A stretch of DNA of 36,308 bases from Planctomycetota bacterium (lineage in GTDB: Bacteria; Planctomycetota; MHYJ01; JACQRL01; SBBU01): assembly GCA_016206485.1 (NCBI GenBank), contig JACQRL010000385.1, positions 1-36,308 on the forward strand. Direction: 5' to 3'. The notes below the pieces were generated by a model, which was not told the origin of the DNA, made no database searches, and saw only the letters and a program-made list of their open reading frames with translations. The translations under genes were made by a program, and so were the position numbers. Positions 18,003 through 27,935 of this stretch are shown here, in pieces (position 1 is the first letter of the stretch; the number at the start of each line of letters is the position of its first letter).

Positions 18003-18268
18003 GGTTATATTATACTCCTAATAACTAATACCAGAAGAACTAGCTTAACGTATTCAATAAACGGATTACGAGTTGCGTGTTAACGGGTTTTACTGCTTAT
18101 ATAACTGAGTCCGAATTCTCCGGTCGCTAATTGCATATTACTCTGTTTTCCCATGGATACTTTTTTTAATACGCAATCCGGCAATATTTAATCCGTCATT
18201 AATGTAAACAAGAAGTTGAAATTGCTACTCGCAACCCGTTTATTAAACAAAATTCCAAGCGTATTTGT

Positions 18269-21200
18269 TTATAATTCCTCAGACGATGAGTATTCGATTA
18301 CGCTTGTTCCTTCTGAATAGAAAATCGTTACATCATCAAAAACAGGTGTTGCAAGCAAGGTTGTACCGGGATTCACTCCTTTGACATTGAATATTATCTT
18401 GTATTTTATAAAACCGCCATTTTTAAGTTCATAAAACTTTTTCCCTTCATGTTGTATTTTACTATATGCAGAATTCTTTCCTTCGAGAACTGTCTCCAAA
18501 TTACTTGTTGAGTCAAAAACAAGGAGATTTACTTTTACTGCAGATCCTTCCTGCTCTTCCAGTCCCTGTCTAAGAGGTGATCCGGTTGTTTTCCCGTTAA
18601 AAAAGGATTCGCCTGAATAGTCATACATAATAGGTTCCAGGTTACCCTTATCATAATCTTCAGCAAACCAGGTCCATTGAACACCCAGAAGCTTTATCTT
18701 TTTTTCTGTTTCTTTCTGAGATGTGACAACAGATGTCATATTTTCATCTGAATAAACCCTTGATTCCTTCGAAAGTCTCCTTTTCAAATCATCAGCAAGG
18801 AAATAAATAGCTGCTGATTCGAATTCAGCATCACCTTTAGGCAGATAATATCTTCCTCTGTTATATACATCCTTAACTGCACCGAGAATACTGTCTACTT
18901 GACTTTTTCTTTCCGCATCCCCTGTGGCATTTGATCCATGCAGATAAAACTCATCGACAGTGAAGTCGCCTGAATAATTTCTTGGCCAGATCGACAGATT
19001 TGGATCACCTTTGATAAACCCCAATTTTTTAAATGTAAACCCATGGAAAGATGACTCTCCTATTCTGAAAGTGTTTGCCCGCAGATACTGACTGCCAAGC
19101 GGTTTTTCGTCAGGAACCTGTAATGTATCATCCGCTGAATGCAGCGCAAGTGTGGGCCTTCTGCCGCCCTTAAGCCATAGTTTTTGATCAATTTTGCTCT
19201 GTATGTTTGTTTCATAAGGAGCCCTTATAGTTCCGGCTAAATCTGTTCCATTTACCAATATTTTCATTTCGTGCTCAGGACTATATTTAGGCATCTCCGC
19301 ATAACTTGTACTATTAAACAATCCTCCTAATAAAGATGTCGATTGTACGACTACATCTCTATTAAATTTAATGTACCATGACCAGCTAACATGCGTCCAT
19401 TTATGCGCCTCCAAATAATTTCTTTTAGGCTGCGTTATGGATGAAGATTGAGATCTCGATGCGCTGCCAAGACCATCTTTCTTTAGGTTATGATTCAACC
19501 CGGGGGTATTGCTGAAGATTTCGATATCAATGCTGTGATGTTTACCTCCATCTTTTCTATCCGCCCCGGCAGACGAAGTTGTAATGGACGGCGTAAGTGA
19601 AGGAAGTGCTCCCGTCGGATTCGGATATTCATCCGCATATTGAGCACCCCATAATTTCCATGAATGAGGCTGCTGCAGCAGCATCCCGATAAAATCTGTA
19701 GGAAAGTTATCCTTAATATGCTCCCAGTCATCAAGTGAACCTGAGGCCCAATGCTGATAAATACCTCCAAATAATGATGCAGGTCTCATACCGAATGTTC
19801 CGCTCCGTCCTGATTCTAAATACTCAGTCTTATCAACAGGACGTCTGTTGTAATTACTCCTTGGCCTGCCATAATATTTAAAAATCGGATCTTCTGTAGA
19901 TTCAACTGTATAAGGGGAGCTGGCATGGGCCGGGGCGAAAAACAGACTGAACATATCCGGATTTCTGTACTCATAGAAATGACTTCGTTCGATAATCTTA
20001 TTATCGGGAAATCCTTTATGCCATTTATCATAACTGAACAACTTTCTCATTTTGCCGGTATGCTCAGGGAAGAAACTCGGCTTGACCCACATAGAAGCAA
20101 CACCACCATAGCTGAACATTGATGTACCTTCATCAATCCAATAAGCTATCCCGCTGTTTCTTTCAACATAAGCGCCATCAATCCTAAGATCACTCGGAGC
20201 GTATGTCCCTAATGGGGGAAGAACATCTGATGTGGCATCACTATTTTTACCATTACCCATTCTGAACGATCTCGCAATTCTATTGTGTGATTTAGAATCA
20301 TAAGGCCCTTTGGTTTCTTTGAGATCATCTCCAAAATTCATTGATCTTTCAACTTTCTTTTTAGTTGAAAGATTCACAACAAGATTTCTTGCTGACAATG
20401 CAGTTCCAAACAGTGATTGTGCCTTATAATATTCATCATATCCATCCCAACCGCAAACAGTCCCTTCATAAATTTTTTCTTTATAATTTGGATCAAATAA
20501 TGCAGGGTCAAGGCCTTTGTTCCCTGGCAACCTGTCGGTTTTATCTATAGTTTTATCACTTATTATTTCCCTCGAACTTGCCTCGCATCTGTACAATTCA
20601 CTTTTGCGGAGATCAACACTTGCATGATAATGGGCCTTGTAGTCGTGTGAAAAATGCGAATGGATGCCTTCAAATTTCGATATGCCTTCCACCGGCCAGT
20701 GAGGCACACCCTGCGGTGTCTCAACAACCTGCCCTTTTAATGAACCTTTCAATCTGTTGCCCTGTTCAACACCGCCATGAGTACTTAATTGAAGCCAACC
20801 ATCATATTCGCTTCCCCAGCCAGTCTGAATAGTCTCATTTTTTGTCTTATATCCGAGCCATCCATCCTTGCTGGATTTTGTCAGGTTAAAATAATCATTG
20901 AAATTATCCTCGAATGTATTTCTTCCGGCAGAAAGCCCTTTTGAAGCGGTACTATTATAAACTTCCGGTCCAATCTCCAAAGCTGCGCCGCTGTTCGTTA
21001 CTTCAACGCCAGCCTTATCTGATGCTTCACCATGGGCAAAGTGGCGCTGAGTGGTTTCTCTATATGCATCAAATACTTTAACAACCCCTCTGACTTTTTG
21101 TCTAGTAAGTTCTCTGACCGCTTCGGCATTAAAAATCGTCTCTTCTTCTTTCAGCTCTCTTAAAGGTTTTAAAATTCTTCCAATACTCTCAATCTCAAAA

Positions 21201-23227
21201 TATCCCATCGGTCTGAAACAAAATTCTGTAGAGTTGACAATAAGGTCTGTCTTATCAACCCTGAGCCACAGATTTTCATCCGGATTTGTTTCATTAAGAT
21301 GCATATTGGGATTGAAATTCGCTTTAATAGCATCGGCGATCGCATAGCTGGCAAATTCCTGCTGTGCAGGGTCATTTTTCGGCGCGGGATAATCTATCAC
21401 CCCCTCATAGCTCCAGTCTCCTGAGACGGGGTTATCAAACCCCTGAAATAGGTAGTTCCAAAAAATATTTCTTTGATCTTTTATTATTCCTGATTCAACA
21501 AGATAATCAATAAATCTATAAAACTGCGCCCAAGTTCCGAACTCACCTCCAAATGGAAGAGTGCTGTAATCAATACCGCCTTCTTTTCCCTTATTTCGAC
21601 ACGCAATAATATGCTTGGCAATAATCTGTGAATCGATAACACCATCAGATTGAATGGTCGTTCCGGTATTTGATTTCCATTGAGGTCTGATCGGAGCAGT
21701 TCTGTATAGAAAGCCATACTCATCACCATCATATTTTATCTGAATATTTTGCGCAGGATTTGAAATATTCATGGTATAACCGCCAGCATCATAAGTATAG
21801 CCGGTATATTCCCATCCAATATACTTTCGGGGAATCCTGAACAATTCCGCCTTTCCTCCGCACGATGTCGCCTTCCAGTATGGCTCCTGCAAAAAGTCAA
21901 ACTCAGGCGATGGAGCATATGGAGCAAATCTTCTTCTTTCAGTCAGGAAAAATCCGCTGACATCTGTAATCAGTGAAGTCAATAATTCCTCAGATGCGTT
22001 GTTTATATTAACCGGAGCTCTGTGAGTAACTTCAACATATTGAGGAAACAGCTCATCAAGCCCGTAAATTGCATTATGATATTCAGAAGCATGTGTATCG
22101 CCGGCATATTCTGTACTAAACCATCTGAGTGCTTCCTTAAAATATGACGAGCGAGCCGTTTTATTGAATCTATATTCACCTGCCGCGTTCATACCGCGTC
22201 CTCTTCTGAAAGTCATTACACCGGAGTCGAAACCTCTAGGCATTTCACCGGATTTGACATACGGTTTTTGTGACGGATTCGCCTGAACAGCAGGTCCAAC
22301 ACCTATATCAGCGTTATCACCACTTCTGTAATAATAGATAGGATACTCGTTGTAAACTTCATCGCTTAAAGGAACAGGATTAACTACGTTTTTATCAACC
22401 CAAGCGTACACCGTCAGAAATTTACCTATCTTTCTGTAAATAGATCTGCCTTTCTCTATTCCATATTGCTGTTCAAGAATTCTTTTGACCTGATATTTTG
22501 CTTTAAATCCGATTGAAGGTCTTGCATCAATTAACTTCTGGCCAAAATCTGAAGGAGCATTTTCTCCCAATATATTCGGATGATTTACAAGTTCATTCAA
22601 TATTCTTTTTAAATTCTGGCTGACGCTCGACTGATTCCCACCATACATATTGATTCCATCATTGATATACAGACATGACTGCAGATCAATAACTCTCAGT
22701 GAATAACAGTTGCTGCCATCTGCATAAGTGCCTTTGGAGCTCATCCCGCTCACGCCAACTTTCACAACCGGAGGAACATTTCGTGATCTCACATCTGAAT
22801 CTTTTACCCTGTTAGGAACTATCTTTATGGTTTTTAAAGTATTGCCATCTGCATAAGCAAAGCTTGGTTTTTGCGCCCACTCAGTCGCAATATTTACGAC
22901 ATCGCGCTCCTCATCCGATATTGCTCCATCCATATCTATATCCTGGATTTCATCATTATCAGAAACTCCGTTCTCGTTTAAATCCGATCCGCCATATTTA
23001 AGTCTTTTGTCAGAAGGATTGCTGTTGAGCTCCGCAATTGCCCTTTCAAAACCAAACTGCGCGAGCCATTTTGCTTCCAACAGTTCAATGTATCTGGTTG
23101 ACTCAATTTTGGAAACAGTCTGCAGGCTTGCAGCCGTAGTCGCTACTAACGCGAGCAATGAAAGAACACCAAGTGTGAGGATAAGAATGGTTCCACGATT
23201 AGATCCGTCCCGGAATATAGACTTCAT
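18269..23227 (-). CDS. Giant PilX/GspK-like minor (pseudo)pilin with a C-terminal LamG/ConA-like region
   Basis: Class III-like leader RG|TILILTLGVLSLLALVA without Glu+5; A.WLA..G.ERAIAEL; PVNINNASEELL; YFEIESIGRI; SMWVKP...WTHVSWSW...FRIG...TVDEF. Likely start ATG 23227 (ORF track 23251). Confidence 0.7.
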   Translation of the reverse strand: MKSIFRDGSNRGTILILTLGVLSLLALVATTAASLQTVSKIESTRYIELLEAKWLAQFGFERAIAELNSNPSDKRLKYGGSDLNENGVSDNDEIQDIDMDGAISDEERDVVNIATEWAQKPSFAYADGNTLKTIKIVPNRVKDSDVRSRNVPPVVKVGVSGMSSKGTYADGSNCYSLRVIDLQSCLYINDGINMYGGNQSSVSQNLKRILNELVNHPNILGENAPSDFGQKLIDARPSIGFKAKYQVKRILEQQYGIEKGRSIYRKIGKFLTVYAWVDKNVVNPVPLSDEVYNEYPIYYYRSGDNADIGVGPAVQANPSQKPYVKSGEMPRGFDSGVMTFRRGRGMNAAGEYRFNKTARSSYFKEALRWFSTEYAGDTHASEYHNAIYGLDELFPQYVEVTHRAPVNINNASEELLTSLITDVSGFFLTERRRFAPYAPSPEFDFLQEPYWKATSCGGKAELFRIPRKYIGWEYTGYTYDAGGYTMNISNPAQNIQIKYDGDEYGFLYRTAPIRPQWKSNTGTTIQSDGVIDSQIIAKHIIACRNKGKEGGIDYSTLPFGGEFGTWAQFYRFIDYLVESGIIKDQRNIFWNYLFQGFDNPVSGDWSYEGVIDYPAPKNDPAQQEFASYAIADAIKANFNPNMHLNETNPDENLWLRVDKTDLIVNSTEFCFRPMGYFEIESIGRILKPLRELKEEETIFNAEAVRELTRQKVRGVVKVFDAYRETTQRHFAHGEASDKAGVEVTNSGAALEIGPEVYNSTASKGLSAGRNTFEDNFNDYFNLTKSSKDGWLGYKTKNETIQTGWGSEYDGWLQLSTHGGVEQGNRLKGSLKGQVVETPQGVPHWPVEGISKFEGIHSHFSHDYKAHYHASVDLRKSELYRCEASSREIISDKTIDKTDRLPGNKGLDPALFDPNYKEKIYEGTVCGWDGYDEYYKAQSLFGTALSARNLVVNLSTKKKVERSMNFGDDLKETKGPYDSKSHNRIARSFRMGNGKNSDATSDVLPPLGTYAPSDLRIDGAYVERNSGIAYWIDEGTSMFSYGGVASMWVKPSFFPEHTGKMRKLFSYDKWHKGFPDNKIIERSHFYEYRNPDMFSLFFAPAHASSPYTVESTEDPIFKYYGRPRSNYNRRPVDKTEYLESGRSGTFGMRPASLFGGIYQHWASGSLDDWEHIKDNFPTDFIGMLLQQPHSWKLWGAQYADEYPNPTGALPSLTPSITTSSAGADRKDGGKHHSIDIEIFSNTPGLNHNLKKDGLGSASRSQSSSITQPKRNYLEAHKWTHVSWSWYIKFNRDVVVQSTSLLGGLFNSTSYAEMPKYSPEHEMKILVNGTDLAGTIRAPYETNIQSKIDQKLWLKGGRRPTLALHSADDTLQVPDEKPLGSQYLRANTFRIGESSFHGFTFKKLGFIKGDPNLSIWPRNYSGDFTVDEFYLHGSNATGDAERKSQVDSILGAVKDVYNRGRYYLPKGDAEFESAAIYFLADDLKRRLSKESRVYSDENMTSVVTSQKETEKKIKLLGVQWTWFAEDYDKGNLEPIMYDYSGESFFNGKTTGSPLRQGLEEQEGSAVKVNLLVFDSTSNLETVLEGKNSAYSKIQHEGKKFYELKNGGFIKYKIIFNVKGVNPGTTLLATPVFDDVTIFYSEGTSVIEYSSSEEL

Positions 23228-23487
23228 AGACAATTTACTTATCAAGATCACACCGCAATGTGTTTAGATTCAAAAAAATAACATCATTAAAAAGACCTGC
23301 CTTTATTGAATAAAAAGGCTTAAAGTGCTTCCTTCCCATACAGGCTTGAAGAACCCTTTTTTGATGCTTAGGTAGTATTTTTGCTACATTAATCAAGATT
23401 TAAACCCGCTGAAACCCCGATAAACCCGGTTTAATCGTGAATTAGCAACAAAAGCAGCAAAAAGATTCAGAAATACCAGCGAGCAAT

Positions 23488-24228
23488 TTAAAGAAGTGAC
23501 AATAAATATTTCAATTCATCCTCGACTTCGGATTCCTCAAGAACATATTCCAAGATCCCTTTTCTGATGATTTTTCTTACGAGTCTGCGCGCATATACAA
23601 GATAGTTCCTGACATCTGAATCTTTTATACCAAGCTCCCTGGCAAGAACCACGTATGAAGGCTGGTCAGGGCCTGAAGAATCAAGATCATATCTTTCAAA
23701 CACTGAAAAATAAACTTCTTTGCCTTCTTCAATAAGTTTATTTCTGAGTATTCCTATCGATCTTGTTAAAATTGTCCTTGCCCATTCCCTGTCAAAAGAT
23801 TCGAGCGGATCAAGAAACTCTTTTTTATCGCCATGCTCACTGCCTACTTCTTCAAAACTTACAGTCTTCGTTCCGCCTCCATGTTTTTTAGTCTGCAGCT
23901 TTCTCTTTTTATCGATAAGGAAATGTTTGAGCGAAACCTTTAAAAATGTCCTGAATCTTCCTTTCTCAGGAGAGGCGGGCTGAAGATAATTTTTCTCTAC
24001 AAAAAACTGCGCGAAAAACTCCTGAGTGAGATCTTTTGCATCCTCATTTGACATCCTCCAAACGTTACGTATATAGCTGTAAACAGGCTTCCAATATGCC
24101 GAAATAAGATACTCCAGCTTCTCTTTGTAATTGCTGCTGGTTCTGTCCTTTGCATTTAAGACGACGTTCCACGTAGTTAGAGGAAAATGGTGCTCGTCAC
24201 CTCCCATCGAAGTATTGCGCCCTGACAT
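23488..24228 (-). CDS. ECF sigma-70 family factor (FPxTxW N-terminal type)
   Basis: FPLTTWNVV, YWKPVYSYIR, DAKDLTQEFF, GRFRTFL, FDREWA, C-terminal HTH region. Confidence 0.92.
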   Translation of the reverse strand: MSGRNTSMGGDEHHFPLTTWNVVLNAKDRTSSNYKEKLEYLISAYWKPVYSYIRNVWRMSNEDAKDLTQEFFAQFFVEKNYLQPASPEKGRFRTFLKVSLKHFLIDKKRKLQTKKHGGGTKTVSFEEVGSEHGDKKEFLDPLESFDREWARTILTRSIGILRNKLIEEGKEVYFSVFERYDLDSSGPDQPSYVVLARELGIKDSDVRNYLVYARRLVRKIIRKGILEYVLEESEVEDELKYLLSLL

Positions 24229-24356
24229 AATAGCACTTTGAATTTTAAATTTCTGATTCGCAATTGCAAAAACCAGCTAAACAGATGCTTATCGCAATCT
24301 TTCATCAAATTGATATTATTTCTTTTCTATAGACGTAAGATATATCCACTTCAATT

Positions 24357-25397
24357 ATGAAGAATGATCGATTTCTAAAGGCATGCAGGTCAGAACCCGT
24401 TGATTGCACTCCGATCTGGATGATGCGGCAGGCAGGCAGGTATATACCTGAATACAAGAAGCTCAGGGAAAAATATGATTTTATGACGCTTTCAGAAGAC
24501 CCCGAGCTGATAACAGAGGTTACGCTTATGCCGCTCAAACAATTTGATTTCGACGCCGCAATAATTTTCGCTGATATCATGACTCCGATTAAACAAACAG
24601 GCATCAAATTCGAGCTTCAGGAAAATATCGGACCGGTAATAGCCAGTCCAATCAGGACAAAATCAGATGTCGAAAAGATTGTAATCCCCTCACCACAGGA
24701 AATATCTCCACCACTTTACTCTGCAATTAAACTGGTAAAGCAGGAACTATCCGGAAAGATACCTCTCATAGGGTTTGCAGGCGCGCCATTCACTCTTGCA
24801 AGTTACCTAATAGAAGGCAGAGGGTCGAGAAGTTTTACAAATACGATTACACTTATGAAAGAAAATTCAGTGGCCTGGACTCTACTAATGGAAAAACTAA
24901 CAGAAGTAATAATAAGCTACTTGAACGAACAAATTAATGCCGGTGCGGATGCGTTCCAGTTGTTTGACAGCTGGGTCGGATGTATGAGTTTAAATGATTA
25001 TAAAAAATATGTATTCCCATACTCACAACAAATTTTCAAGTCACTAAAACAAGCACCATCAATACATTTTGGAACCGAAACAGCTCCATTATTACCTGTA
25101 ATGAAGGAAGCAGGTAGTAGAGTTATTAGTGTTGACTGGAGAATCGAGCTCGATAAGGCCTGGGAAATTATAGGACATAACCTTGCAATCCAGGGAAATC
25201 TCAATCCTTCAATATTGCTTGGATCTGTAGAACAAGTTAAGCTTTCAACCACAGATATTCTTAAACGAGCTGCAGGCAGACCGGGACACATTTTTAATCT
25301 TGGACATGGAATTTTACCCGAAACTCTGTTAGAAAATGTCGAAGCAGTAATTGAAACGGTACATAACTACAGGCAGAATATGGAATACGGAATATAG
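24357..25397 (+). CDS. hemE: Uroporphyrinogen decarboxylase
   Basis: PIWMMRQAGRY.PEY, AAIIFADI, LIGFAGAPFTLASY, QLFDSW, QGNL.P, FNLGHG. Confidence 0.98.
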   Translation: MKNDRFLKACRSEPVDCTPIWMMRQAGRYIPEYKKLREKYDFMTLSEDPELITEVTLMPLKQFDFDAAIIFADIMTPIKQTGIKFELQENIGPVIASPIRTKSDVEKIVIPSPQEISPPLYSAIKLVKQELSGKIPLIGFAGAPFTLASYLIEGRGSRSFTNTITLMKENSVAWTLLMEKLTEVIISYLNEQINAGADAFQLFDSWVGCMSLNDYKKYVFPYSQQIFKSLKQAPSIHFGTETAPLLPVMKEAGSRVISVDWRIELDKAWEIIGHNLAIQGNLNPSILLGSVEQVKLSTTDILKRAAGRPGHIFNLGHGILPETLLENVEAVIETVHNYRQNMEYGI

Positions 25398-25464
25398 GAT
25401 ATGGAAGATAGAAAACAGAAGACAGAAGACAGAAGACAGGAGTCAGGGGTCAGGAACCAGGGGG
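25374..25464 (+). repeat. 13-unit degenerate 7-bp tandem array spanning the hemE/hemH junction
   Basis: cagaata tggaata cggaata taggata tggaaga tagaaaa cagaaga cagaaga cagaaga caggagt caggggt caggaac caggggg. Confidence 0.85.
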
Positions 25465-26378
25465 TTTTGCTGATGGCATACGGAAGTCCAAATAACCTTG
25501 AAGAAATTGAGGCGTACTACACTCACATACGGGGAGGGAGAAATCCAACTCCGGAACAGTTGGAGAATCTAAAAGCCCGTTATAAAGCAATAGGAGGAAA
25601 TACCCCATTACTGGAAATAACAAAAAATGTTGCCGGGAAACTAGGAAAACTTCTTAACGAACAACCTCATAACTCGCCAACCGACAATCAATACAAGGTA
25701 TACATAGGCATGAAACACTGGCATCCATACATTGAGCAAACCATCAGTGAAATGGTAAAAGATGGTATACAAAATGCCATTGCAATTGCTCTCGCTCCAC
25801 ATTACTCAAATCTCAGTGTCGGCAGCTATGTCAAAGCTGTTCAAACTGCTCAGGACAAACTCAACAGCGCAATTAAATTTACTTTCATTAATAGTTGGGC
25901 AGATAACCCTACTTTCCTGGAAGCAATTTCTGACAAAATAACAGATGCGCTGAACGAATTTAGTAATACAGAACGAGAGCAGGTTATGACACTTTTCACA
26001 GCACACAGCCTGCCATCTAAAATTCTTAAAGAGAATGATCCGTATCAGGAACAGTTACTTGAAACATCCAGAAAACTGGCTCAGTTGGCGCGACTCAAAC
26101 AATGGAGATTTGCATATCAAAGCGCCGGTAAGACCGGAGAAGAATGGCTTGGTCCCGATATAACCGAGGCGATCGAAGCTCTCGCTGAAGAGCAACACAA
26201 ATATATCCTCGTCTGTCCGGTAGGTTTTATAACCGATCATCTGGAAATTCTTTATGACGTTGATATAGAAGCGATGGAAACAGCGAAAAGAAATGAAGTT
26301 AAGCTCAAACGAACGGAATCGCTGAATGCAAGTCAAAAACTTATTGAGGCGCTTGCATCATTAGTCAAGTCAATCTAA
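25401..26378 (+). CDS. hemH: Ferrochelatase (CpfC/coproporphyrin-type features)
   Basis: LLMAYGSP, GMKHWHP, LAPHYS, FTAHSLP, QSAG.T...WLGPD, GF..DHLEILYD.D. Confidence 0.97.
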   Translation: MEDRKQKTEDRRQESGVRNQGVLLMAYGSPNNLEEIEAYYTHIRGGRNPTPEQLENLKARYKAIGGNTPLLEITKNVAGKLGKLLNEQPHNSPTDNQYKVYIGMKHWHPYIEQTISEMVKDGIQNAIAIALAPHYSNLSVGSYVKAVQTAQDKLNSAIKFTFINSWADNPTFLEAISDKITDALNEFSNTEREQVMTLFTAHSLPSKILKENDPYQEQLLETSRKLAQLARLKQWRFAYQSAGKTGEEWLGPDITEAIEALAEEQHKYILVCPVGFITDHLEILYDVDIEAMETAKRNEVKLKRTESLNASQKLIEALASLVKSI

Positions 26379-26647
26379 CAACCAATAATTTCCACATATA
26401 GAATTCGACGGCTTCATCTGGAGCGTCGACATGACAGACGCTGCTCATGTTATCGATCCGGAAGACATAGATAGATAGTCTTCTATAAACAGACTTTATT
26501 CTAAGAAATCTTTAGCAGATCTCCTCCACAAAAATCTGTGGCAAACAGCATCCATGAGAAAGCTCTGCTGGAAATCTGATAGTTATATTTATCCAACATC
26601 GGAAAATAATCTAATGCTTCCCGGTTAAAAACGTCCTTATATAACAG

Positions 26648-27865
26648 ATGCAAAATAGATACGCGCTATTGGTCGTGCTCTTTGCGCTCTTTATTGCGCT
26701 GTTTTTTCTACCCAAACAACAGACAAAACCCGTTCAAATATCAGATAACAATGAAAATGCGCTTACAACGTCGGTTAAAGCCCCCGGCTCGGCTTTCAGT
26801 AACAGTCAAACCAAAAACGAAGAAGGCTCCGGCCAAGATGCGCAAACCGCGTTGAAATCTGAACAAGAAATCGAAAGGTCAGTAATAATAACAGGTTCTG
26901 TACTGAAACCTGACGCGACTCCAGTTGAGGGCGCACGCGTGCGAATATCTATCTGCGAACCTGCAGCAGAAGGAAAACAATCCGTAAAGTATGGCGACAG
27001 TTTTCTGAAGGAAACAGCTATCACTGGGTCTTACCCAAGCACAAATAAACAGGGAAACTTCAACACGTCATTCCAATACAGATCAAAGGAATCATCAAAA
27101 CACATTCTTCTGGCTGAAGTATGGTCGCCCTTCACAAATTATAACAAGAGCCTTCAACCGTACGATCGGGAAAAACATCTTGAACTTCTGTACAGCGATC
27201 TGTGTTATGTGAAACCTCAAACATTTATTATAGCGGAAAAAAACAATACTATAAATATCATTTTGTGGTGCCTGCCGACAGCAAAACTCACTGTTCAGAT
27301 TATTCCAGAAAGCACTGAAGCATATTTAAGATTAGAAATTCCGGGCATTCCTGATTCCAGATATTCACGTGAAGACTTCGCAACATTTGAAGGAAAAGCG
27401 ATCTTTGAAGTTCCTGCAGATACTGAATTCAATTTAACCTGCAGAAGCTGCAATTATCCTGATATAAAACACGACATCGAGCCGCTGCAGACCTTATCAG
27501 CTAAATATCTCCGTTTAGAATTCAGCAAGGGACATATCAGATACAGCGGAAATTTCGTAGATGAGAATGGAATCCCAATAAAAGACGCGGGCGTAGAAAT
27601 AATACAAGATGGATTGTCTTCTTACAGAACACAGACTGACAGTAACGGAAGTTTTGTCGCTGAAGGTCTCCTCGACAAACCAATTCGACAAATCAGCTTC
27701 ACCTCTCCAATCAAAAACAATACAAACAATACAATTGAAAAACCTCCAACCTGCGTGTCTGGTACCACGAATTCAATTATTATTTTTAAAAACGTAGACA
27801 TTAATATTTCCAAAACATTCATCTTCGAACAATCCAAGTCCAATCAAGAATCAACAATTGACTGA
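26648..27865 (+). CDS. Membrane-anchored protein with carboxypeptidase-regulatory-like (transthyretin-fold) domains
   Basis: TM anchor, linker, ITGSV..PD.TPVEGARV and G..VDENG.PI..A.V...TDSNGSF...GL repeats. Confidence 0.8.
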   Translation: MQNRYALLVVLFALFIALFFLPKQQTKPVQISDNNENALTTSVKAPGSAFSNSQTKNEEGSGQDAQTALKSEQEIERSVIITGSVLKPDATPVEGARVRISICEPAAEGKQSVKYGDSFLKETAITGSYPSTNKQGNFNTSFQYRSKESSKHILLAEVWSPFTNYNKSLQPYDREKHLELLYSDLCYVKPQTFIIAEKNNTINIILWCLPTAKLTVQIIPESTEAYLRLEIPGIPDSRYSREDFATFEGKAIFEVPADTEFNLTCRSCNYPDIKHDIEPLQTLSAKYLRLEFSKGHIRYSGNFVDENGIPIKDAGVEIIQDGLSSYRTQTDSNGSFVAEGLLDKPIRQISFTSPIKNNTNNTIEKPPTCVSGTTNSIIIFKNVDINISKTFIFEQSKSNQESTID

Positions 27866-27935
27866 TTATTGACAAGAGACTCATAAAATACGAAAAACCT
27901 TCGGTTATTAATCAGTAATTGTATATTATTCCCCT

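Noticed and set aside
23260-23487. Riboswitch upstream of the giant pilin-like gene
   Set aside because: Only a small hairpin (gccttt..aaaggc) and three aaaccc units at 10-nt spacing; no riboswitch consensus that I recognise.
25374-25464. Possible CRISPR array
   Set aside because: Contiguous 7-bp units with no spacers, and no cas genes.
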